DNA of 64,000 bases from contig NW_002060946.1 of the NCBI RefSeq assembly GCF_000150275.1, forward strand, positions 3,987,454-4,051,453, read 5' to 3'. The stretch is from Trichoplax adhaerens (Eukaryota > Animalia > Placozoa). The notes beneath the pieces were generated by a model that was given only the letters and a program-made list of their open reading frames with translations, did no database searches and was not told where the DNA came from. Below, in pieces: positions 51,614 through 64,000 of the stretch; positions within the stretch are counted from its first letter, which is position 1; every line of letters begins with the position of its first letter. Made by a program: the position numbers and the translations under genes.

Positions 51614-53891
51614 ATGTCTGTCCAGCTTGATCGAATTGAAAAATTGAAATCTCTGGTTTCAACTCATCAAAACTTTCCTAAACCTGGAGTTACTTTTCGG
51701 TGATTAATCCATCCTTATATAACTCATTTTTAGTTGTAGAATGTGATGTCCTTATTGTAGAAAGAATATGCAACGAGCTTTAATTTTGACTGACCGGCAA
51801 CTGAAGTACTCGTATAAAGTACTGTACGTAGTACATTGCACATTGATAGAAATAGTAGTCTAGCCAATCTGAACAACTTGAAATTATCATTCATCACTCT
51901 CTCTGTACCATGAAAATAAATAACCAATGAATAGTTTAGCTCCTATTACAGACGTAATCCTAAAGTACTAATCGAAATACTGGTTGTAATTCGGTGGTAA
52001 TTGAAGCTGCACTATAATAATATCAATTACAATGCAATTTGAATTGAGCTAGCGTGGAATCCAGACAATTATTTAGACGAAGACGAATATCGACTAAATA
52101 CAGTATTAGCCCGAATCGATGAGATATTTTATCAGTTTTATTGATTGACTAATCAATCATTCCATGCAATTGATGAAAGCGACCTCTGTTGCCGCACATT
52201 ACTTTACTCGCATGACGATCCTTAAATTAATTACATTAAAAATGATGTTTTTGTTAATCGCAGATATAATCCTCCTACAGTAGTTTTATCTATGTACAGT
52301 ATATGTGTTGCTATTATTCCGCTTTTTAATTTTGCAATTATAGCGACAATCACTTGGTATTCTTGCAATAAAGCTAAATCTTACAGTAAATCAGTGTGCA
52401 TATCACCGAGTCAATAGTACAATAATTACTCATTCGTCGATCAGTACTCGAGAGAAAGTCATCGCAGAACACGTGTCGAATTAACTATTATCACGCTTAC
52501 GACGTATATACAGTATTTCAATCTCAAATCAGTTGATCTATAATTAATCATGTTAACTACAAATTTTATATATAAATAAATTTCAACCCTTGATGAACAG
52601 GCTATATGCAGTAGTGGCGTACACAGAAATACTGCAATAGTCAATTAGCCATACCATTGCTGTTGTATTTAGGAGATAATCTGTCATTGAAAGTAATCTA
52701 CTGGTACTATGAGCCTTCTTAAAATTCCTGATTCCCTCTCATATATGATGAGCGAAGTAATTTTAAGTACGTCATGAAATCGTATTTCAGTTATCCGATA
52801 TTGCTTAGTATAATTACAGACCTTTACTCTTTACAAGTATAACAATTATAATGATCAGGTAAACAAGATGAACCGATCGATCATTCAAATTGTATGGTAA
52901 AATGGGCAACTTAATGTTACTAAATGTTTTCTAATGCGGATATACTGTATAATTTATTTAGGAATATATTTCCTATTCTACAAGATCCCAGTGCGTTTAC
53001 TGATCTTATCAATCTTATAGTTGAAGAAATTAAATCCAAGCCGCAACTTCCTGATATCATTGTTGGTAAGTCTATAGTTACAGTAGGACAAAGCCAGTCA
53101 AATTTCAATACTATAAAGATGCAACAACGTCAAAGCTCAGACTCATAGTGACTAAAATCGACTGTTAAAATAAAAGCGACCCTTGTGTATCTGATTGCAA
53201 ACTAAGATCTAACGTATGCAGTGACTCCAATTAAGATTCATTTTTGGATAATTAATTATATTATATGCATATGTTTAGGCTTGGACGCTCGTGGATTTTT
53301 GATAGCTCCTATTGTTGCTCTACGCCTGGGAATTGCGTTCGTTCCGGTCAGAAAAGCAGGAAAATTACCCGGCAATGTCGAACAAGTTTCATATAAGTTA
53401 GAATATGGCGAAGTAAGATTCACAGTAGCATAATCGTATCTAGCTACATTCTTAAGTGGATTACTACGCTAACAAAGAACAACATACCAATCGATCGCTT
53501 TCTTTTTAAATAATGCAAAGGATACTTTAGAGATTGAAACAGGCTCTATCAAGCCAGATCAAAACGTTGTCATTGTTGATGATCTGATCGCACTAGGAGG
53601 TAAATTAAAACTCTTCAATACAACTATTTTAAATCATGCCTTTTTCCTTATGCTAGCTTAGTCTTTCTTTTGCATACATTTTTATGGGCAGCATCAAACA
53701 TGAAAATAGAACCTTGTTAATTTTAAATGTCATACGTCTTATTCATCGTTACAGGTACAGCCTCGGCTGCATGCCGCCTAGTGCGAAAAATGTCAGCCAC
53801 AATTTTAGAATGTATATCGGTAATAGAATTGGTCGCATTGAACGGTCGCCGTAAGATTGATGCCCCCGTGTTTTCAGTCTTACAATATTAG
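51614..53891 (+). CDS. APRT: Adenine phosphoribosyltransferase, 5 exons
   Basis: Exons approx. 51614-51699, 52962-53064, 53279-53412, 53521-53599, 53755-53891. [54 protein letters not shown]. Confidence 0.95.
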
Positions 53892-54936
53892 CATCCTAGG
53901 ATATGACATTAATCACCTGTGTGACATGTAGTCAATTAGAGGTCCTTAATTGCTTCATAAGCACAAACTTTAAATATAAAATTATACTGTAATAACTGCA
54001 AGCTTGTGTTACGGTTACACTTATAAATGAATAATATCCATACACATATCCTGCGGTATCTGAAATTCTGAATTATAATCATTTATTGATTACCGCTTTA
54101 TCCATGATGTAATTTAACGATGGTACTGGTACTGATATACTGTACGTCTGTACTGCTAAAAGAAATGTATATTACAAAAGTAAAAACTTAGCTGCTAACG
54201 TTAATCTGCGTATCGAAAGCTTTCCACAAACTAAAATATGTACACATTATCCCTAAAATGATTTATTACTGAAAAAGTAAACTCTTTTATTAACCTTAAT
54301 CTGTGTACTTGAAACTTTCTACCAGACTAAGAAATGCTGTCCAAAACGATTTATTATTGAACGAGCCTTAACTACATACAATGAGTAATAATACAAAACC
54401 CTTCCGCGAAAACCGGATAAATGGCTATATTGCTTGTTAACGAGTATGATACAGATGTGTATTACCAATACCAAGTATTACGTATTTTAAAATCATCACA
54501 AAATCTAAATTTGTTCTTGTCCAATATCGCTGACGACAAAAAGGACTAATAGACTATTTAAACTACAGTATTAAAATTACTACATCGTGTGAACGATACG
54601 TATAGTGGTCAACGTATTCATAAAACCAATGATATACACGGCACATTACAATCTCTCAACTGGTGTAGTTAAGATAGGAAGAAAATTACCGTATTACAAT
54701 ACAGCTTTACAATATGAAATTCTCACATAAACAAGCACCTTTTTTAAAGATCCTAATTATGCCGGCAAGGGTTCTTAATGTAATTCACGACAAAAGAAAT
54801 GGACTAGTGTAGATTTACTTAAATTATTCATACTATCAGAAATTTATACTTAGATTGATAATTACATATTAATTTTATGCAAATATCATTAAAAGTTTGC
54901 TGCGTGGTCACATAATTATCTTTTGTACATCATACA

Positions 54937-56792
<1,856 letters not shown>

Positions 56793-57875
56793 GGTACTCT
56801 ACTTTAGGATATTGACCAGTAATTGCGAAATAAATTCGACAAGTTTTTGTGCCTTTTTGGACAAATATGGCTGGAAAGGGAGATGGCAAAGCAGTCAATC
56901 CTGCGATTCGAGGCAGTCTTGCGATAGCCAATGGACTCGTGTGGCTGTCATACAATGTGCAATACCACAATACTGCAGTACAGTACCGTACAGTACAGTA
57001 CAGTACTGTAGATCATAACCGTCAAGCCTGTAGTTTTAGTACCCAACTTCCGATTCTGCGTAGTGTACAGCACAGTGGGTTAGTTCGATGATTGAATGTA
57101 CAGTACAGTACAGTACTCAACTTTCGATTCTGCGTACAGTACTGCATACTGTACCCCCGCCCGCCAGCTCATACCAGTGGAAATTGGATATTGTACAGGT
57201 TACAGGTTAAAGGTCTGTGGAAAATGCGATGATGTCTCACTCACAGATTGCTAGACTGTTATTTATCGTTGAATAAAGTTAATGCTTGGGATATTTTTTT
57301 TTCCCCATTTTTGGATCAGATTTGGAGTTGGAAATGGCGTTTCACAGAACTCTACCCTGCTGTATCGAACATTGGATTTATGGTTGTGTTTCAGTTGTAG
57401 TCCAATGTACCTCCGACGGACGGACCTTCCTGACTAAATGAGGCCGGCAATATATTGATAAATGCCTACTTAGAATGGATCTTCCGTGTCTGTTTTCTAA
57501 ATCTCTGGTACTAATTGAAATAACATTGTCGATCTTATGTAGCTATTTCTAATCAGAACTTGGCCAATCGATAATGAAATTCAATGTAATATTACTTAAT
57601 TTGGAAATAATCAGTTAATTTAAAATCGACTATCTGCATACTAGAGTACTGTCTATCATAACGAAGTGTTTGGTACTGTACTCTATTTAACGAGATGAGG
57701 CCGTGGTGTCTGTCCGTCCAAGTGTACGAAGTATCTATGAATCAGCTGCAGTACTTACTACTATACTGTACCGTAGTGCTACATGCTGTACAGTGTACAG
57801 GCGTACAGTACTGTACTGTACTGTACGTACACCAGTATTTTGTAACCCCCACTCCGGCTAAATGTCAACTCCGAT

Positions 57876-57911
57876 TCACATGACCACAGAGCTACAATTC
57901 AGATGACGTCA
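57876..57911. promoter_or_regulatory. M-box/CLEAR-like E-box (TCACATGAC, 57876-57884) and full CRE (TGACGTCA, 57904-57911) upstream of VPS18
   Basis: Exact motif matches 20 bp apart, set between GTAC-rich tracts about 0.8 kb upstream of the VPS18 ATG. Confidence 0.45.
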
Positions 57912-58723
57912 GCATGTAGTGATGTACTGTAGAGTCAGCCATCGAGCAGGATTAGCGCTAGTGTACAGTACTGTAGCTATTGGAGGTTAAAACGAATAGT
58001 GTACAGTACTATATACTGTAATGTACTGTACAGTGTACTGTACAGTGTACTGTAGCAAACATTGCGTAACATCCTGATGCCGAAGCGAACCTCTTAACTG
58101 TTCTCCATTTTTAGTCGATTTTCAAGTCAATGGCAATACTTTAGGTCAAAATATTCCGCTCTACAACAAGCAAATTTACTTGTTCATCGATTTTACAACA
58201 AGAGAATACTAGACAATACGCTGAGGCCTGTAATCTGCCCCCAAAGTAGCCAATTATTGACCTAAATTGGGAAATCAATGAGTGGCATTTAAAAATAAAT
58301 CAATATTATTCGGTTAAAAGTAACCATCATGAAAGCTTGTGCCCTACTCAGTGCTCTATCGTTGGGCGTCGTTTGGTACAGTTAATTATATCATTGAAAA
58401 TAAACAGACGTACAGACGCTCGTACATTTTGGCAAAACTTCTCGATCAACCCTATACGAAAGAAGAAAACCTCCTCTACACTGTCCAAGGCCTACGGTAT
58501 AATACACTACCAGGAACACCTCCTATTGCTTTTACCACACTAGCAATGGATTCGTTATAGTTTTTGCTCGCTCATCTTTGACCTGATTAACTAGCAATAA
58601 AGGAGAAAAATTCATCCAAATTATCCTTCCATTCCTAGCTCGATATCAATAATATATTTTCGTATTATTACTCTGTTCCCTGCTTTCATACATAGGATAT
58701 AATCGAACGAAACTCTTCTAACA

Positions 58724-61700
58724 ATGGCATCCATATTGGAACAGTATCAGCAAAGCAACTTTCGAGCTAGCAGAACCAATTATCCGAGTACTGCAGCCAA
58801 AAATGAAACAGTAAGCTGGATAACTAGAGATCAATCCAATCGATGGAATAAAACTGTATAAATAGAGAATCTTTACCTAACTCTTGATCGATGCTAAAAT
58901 CATCGTTTTCTACATGTCTTATACAATATCTTGTGTTTTCATCAATGTAAAGAGATGATACATGTATGTGTTGTTGTACAGGTTCCATCTTCAGGATTCG
59001 TCAATATCATGTCTGAAGAAGAGAGACCTATTTTTAATAGAATTGGTTCCGGTTTCAGGTAATAATGCTGATAAAGAATAGCACTCATGATATCAATCCT
59101 TGACGACTATTCTAGGCAATATAATAAGTTTACTTTTTGCATGATCTAAATGAAATTATTCAAAATAGATCTACAGTATATTATTCATAATAAATACACC
59201 AGGCCGTATTTACCTTATACGAAACTTGTCAACATCCTTTCTGTATGTCGTATTAAAGTGAGCACTATTCAATCTAAAATAATAACACTTCTTTTGTTAG
59301 GATACCAGTCAATACTTTTATCCAACGTGTTGCAATATGCAATAACATGATGCTGGTCGCGCTGTCTAATAATATCTTAAGAAGAATATGCCTATACGAT
59401 AAGAATCTCTCCGACGGTACATAGATGATAATTTTATTCCTGTAATAATTTGTTGCTATAAAGTATAGTGATGTCGTCTGAATAGGAATCAACTAAATGG
59501 AAAGACTTATGCAAAATACACTTTACGTTATGCGGAATTTTCCCTACGATAACGAGTACAGTAGCTCACCTCGAATCCGCTACTTGATCCTGTAGCATAA
59601 TAGAATACTGTACACTGTACAGTATAATGTTGTCAATCACTAAAACTACTTTAATACTAGTATATAGAGCTACTTTTACAGGATAAGACTTGTCAATTGA
59701 TAATTCACGTCACAGAAGGATTACTGTAGTTACGTTAGCCTATTTGAGTATAATTACATTTTCTGATAAATCGAGACTTTTGATATATCAAACGAATATT
59801 TGTACTCTAGATGTCCAAATTTCTGGACGATTAACTGATAAAGTATACCGGATCTTCCTGGATCCAACGGGCAAGCATGCAATAATTGCTATGGAATCGA
59901 TGGAAAATTATTATTTAGCTGCTAGTATGAAAAAAGTAAAACTTCTAAATAAATTAAAGGTAAGTGATTTGCTTATATGTAATAGAAATTCATCTAAATA
60001 TCCTGATCGAAAGGTATTATCCCAATCGTAACAATCTCCCAATACAGGATTACTATACTGTAAAACGAAGGGTTATTTATACGAAGATCAATCATTTCAT
60101 TCGCAATTAGCAATTTATAGCATTAGCCAAGTAGTAATGAGCTGTCATCCTATTTAATTCTTCCATTTTGAATAGAATCGAAGCACATTAACGTTTTACT
60201 ATCGTATAGTTTAAAATTTGCGAATACCTCTCTTATATGATCAAATTACCATACTAGTCTAGTTAAATACCTTGTTCCCATTAATTTTGTGTTAGCACTA
60301 ATACACTACAGTTTTAGTTTCTATATAAATTCTATCCTATCATTATAATTAGGGACATCTCATAGAATCTATTGCATGGAATGGCAGTAACGCAACAGAT
60401 TTGAGTACTAGGGATATCCTAATTGGTACAGCCAGAGGTATATAAATAGAAGAGATATGTCAAATATACATTCTTTTGAATATTTATTTCACAGTACGAA
60501 TTACCATATCGTTATTCATATACTGTAATATTTTTATTACAATACTATAACAATTATAACATTAAGAATACACTTAAAAGTACATATACGTACATTGTCG
60601 AATAAGCATGAAAATATAATCTATCTTGCAGGGTTAATCTTTGAAACAGAGCTTGATGCATCTGTTGAAAGATTAAGATTCCAAAGCGGTACTGAAAAGT
60701 ACATGAAACAGGTCAATAAGATACTAGATGTAGTCTGTGTTATTTTCTTGATATCTAACTATTACTGGGATCTAATCATAACATGTTGATACTGTACTGA
60801 ACATAAAATATTGCAGGTATACAGCTTAAACAGGTCTGAAGCATCTGAAACTGCAGAGCGCATAACTGGGCTTTTCTTTGATCGGTTTCCTCCATCTTCT
60901 TACCGTCTGGATACAAGATACTTTGTCATCGCTACCACTCCAAAGTACAAAAAATATCAAGACTTAAATAACATTACGTTCAATAACTGATACATTGAAA
61001 ACATTTTCCCTTCTTTATTTTCTAGTCGTATGTATCAGTTCGTTGGCGAACTCAGCCAAGATCAGCCTCTATTTACTAGGCTTTTTTCGGCCTACGAAGG
61101 GCGCCCTGGTAAAAACAATGTGACAAGTTGTAATGACAGCTAATATTATTATAACTCCACTCTTATCATTGTATTGTTTGTTACAGCTCAATTCTTAGAG
61201 TTACCTGGTGAAACTTTAAATTTTAGTGAATTTCACGTTGCCTACTCTCGAAAGGATAAAATACCGGTATCATTTGCCTGGTTAACAGGTAATGATCATA
61301 TAATCTGAAACATTTGCTTACTACTGTACTTATAAATTTTGAATATAATAATTTACATGTTTGTGTTAGAACCCGGTATTTATCATGGAACCTTCAATTT
61401 CCGAGACCCGAAACATAGTGTTACCGCGGGAGCGCTACTTATGCCTTATAATGCTCTAGATACCACTGATGGAGAAAATGTTAGCGTTTCGCCCCCTATA
61501 TCGCTTACCGTAACGGAATTTCACGCCTTACTCCTTTTTAAGGATAGGTAGAAACAATTAACAAAATAGAACTTCTTTGCTTACACTCTTAAAATATACA
61601 GTAGTGATAGATTCTAAGATGATTTTATAATAACGATTTTCAGATTAAATGCGGTTGCATTACTTAATGAAGAAGTAGTTTTTGAAGATTACTTTCAAGG

Positions 61701-64000
61701 AAACGTCAGTATTTCGTGTCTTTTTTCATCGTTTTATTTTTTTCTTTTATATATTCTTCTCTGTCGAATAGCAATGATCTGATTATTATTTTTCCTTAGG
61801 CATTTAATGATGTAATAGCAGTGCTAGTCGATCCAGTCAGTAAAATAATATGGATGTATAGCCAAACATCAATATTTCAGTTTGAGGTCATTCACGAAGA
61901 TAGATACGTTTGGAGAATGCTTCTAGAAAAGAATGAATTTGAAAAAGCTAAACAATTTTGCAAGGTAAGAGGTAGACAGTTATCTCGTTTCGTTAGTTGC
62001 TAAAATGACGTACGAGTGAATTTATTCTGATATTTTTAGACATCATAAAAATATATACTGTTTTTATACACGACTTTAAACATGGAACTTGACCTATATT
62101 ATATATCTAGGACAATCCAGTACACTTGGATAAAGTTTTAACAGCCCAAGCTGATCATTTCTTCGATAATAAAGAGTAAATTCGACTAAATCATTTATGC
62201 GCAAATTTATTGACATGTCATTTATGAAGACTTTAAAATCTCACTCTTGATTTTAGGTACCAGTCAGCGGCATTATTTTATGCCCAGTCACAAAAATCAT
62301 TTGAGCAAGTAGCTCTGAAATTTTTAGAGCTTAATAGACGTGATGCATTAAAAGTATTTTTAATTCAAAAATTTAATTGTCTAAAGGCTCAGGTTTGTAC
62401 GGAGATTTTTTATTTCTATCTAAAAGTTATTATGAAATTAAAGATATATAATAGTACTTACCCATACGTCCGTATCCTACTTTAGGATAAAACACAAATG
62501 TCAATGTTACTAACTTGGTTAACAGAACTGTATTTAAATGATATTGGGAAACTGAAAGATGATGATAAGACTGAATTATGTGAAGTAATGCAAGCAGAAT
62601 TTAGGGACTTTCTTCAACAGCAACGAGTAACTGTAAGTACTAAATAGTATATGAAATTTACTTTTCCATATTTATTAGGTAGCTACATCATACTATTAAA
62701 CTCTATATAGCTTATTCTGGCCGTTTTATTTGAACACTTTATAATATGACTATACTTATATTAATTTATAAATAAAGAATTGCTTAAATGACAATCCGAC
62801 CCTGTGCGCTACTCTAAGTGACCTTATTTCCAGTCATGGCGATACCGATAACATGATTTTTTTTGCCAAACTAATGAATGGTAATACTAATAATATACAA
62901 TAGACCGATTTATATAACAGATTAAATGTACTATTACAATAAAATATTTAATTTTATATATTTACCATTGTTGAAATAGATCATGAAAAGGTCATAACGT
63001 ACTATATTCAGAGAGATCGGTTTAAAGAGGCACTCAATGCTCTATCGAATCAGGTACATTTCTTTGCATAACTAATAGGTACACTTATAGAACTTTTATG
63101 TTTAATCACATAACTAATGATAGTATATTTATTTCAGCGGAATCCTGAATTATACTATAAGTTTTCAGCAGATTTAATTCCTCACATACCAAAAGATGTT
63201 ATTTCTACCTGGATCTTGCTGGAGGGTAATCTTGACGCCAAAAAACTCATTCCTTCACTTATTCATTACGGTCAACACTCACCTCAGGTATTGGTTATAG
63301 TCTATTAGTCGTCTGTGGATCAATATCTGACTTTATCTATCCTTGATTTCTAGGCATCTGAGGCTATTCGATACCTGGAATTCTGTATACGTGATCTTCG
63401 CAACAATGACCAAGCAATTCATGATTACTTGATATCTTTATATGCTAAGAATAAAGATGAATCAAAGTTAGAAACATATTTACAAGTACAAGGAAGAGTA
63501 AGCAAGATTTTCTAAATTACTAGTTTAAATATCAGGCAATACGAAGGCGTGGTTCTGACAGCTACAAACTTCTATTATTTCGATACTAAAATAATAGGCT
63601 GTGAGTTATGATCCTAATTATGCTTTGAGACTTTGCGCTGAATACCGTTGTCATCGATCGTGTGTCTACATATATGCTGCGATGGGCTTATTTGACGAAG
63701 CAGTTGAGTTGGCCTTAAAGGAGGTAATATATAACTTCTATAATAGGAAATATTGACTTGAAATGATATAGAGATGTTAAGATGGGATTATTGTATGTGC
63801 CATAATAGGTTTCAGTAGATCTTGCAAAAAATAATGCTCAAATCCCAGAGGATGATGAAGAATTAAAAAGGAGGCTCTGGCTCCTAATTGCTCGTCATGT
63901 CATTGAAGAGAAAAATGATATTAAGCAGTAAGTAGATGTACTGGATAACAGATGAATGCCAATGATTTAATGCACGATATTCCTTATTTATAAAATGACA
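58724..64000 (+). CDS. VPS18: Vacuolar protein sorting 18 (HOPS/CORVET), at least 21 exons, truncated at the window end
   Basis: MASILEQY, IFLDPTGKH, GHLIESIAWN, ILIGT, FAWLTEPGIYHG, TEFHALLL, EDRYVW, SFEQVALKF, WLTELYLN, AIHDYLISLY, YDPNYALRLC, LWLLIARHVI. Confidence 0.96.

Overview
AT-rich, gene-dense eukaryotic DNA with short GT-AG introns and animal-type genes. The compactness and ACAGT/GTAC-rich intergenic tracts fit a small early-branching animal genome such as the placozoan Trichoplax (inference, not verified). Hand-spliced gene order: EXT2(-), three tandem ~277-bp tRNA/SINE-like repeats, LRRC14-like(+), CCDC113/CFAP263(-), 68-bp minisatellite, SNRPD1(+), four intronless peroxisomal ACOT8/TesB paralogs(-), an 18-exon NodU/CmcH/TobZ-family O-carbamoyltransferase(+), LENG1(-), an 11-exon DUF445-family membrane protein(+), FEN1(-), a possible orphan spliced gene(-), APRT(+), NEDD8(-) and VPS18(+, runs off the window). 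The most notable feature is a complete, intron-rich, bacterial-type O-carbamoyltransferase that the ORF track almost misses. It lies head-to-head with a tandem, diversifying thioesterase array whose duplication units carry dead copies of the carbamoyltransferase 5' region, making this a candidate animal specialised-metabolism locus. All splice models were made by hand and no database searches were run.
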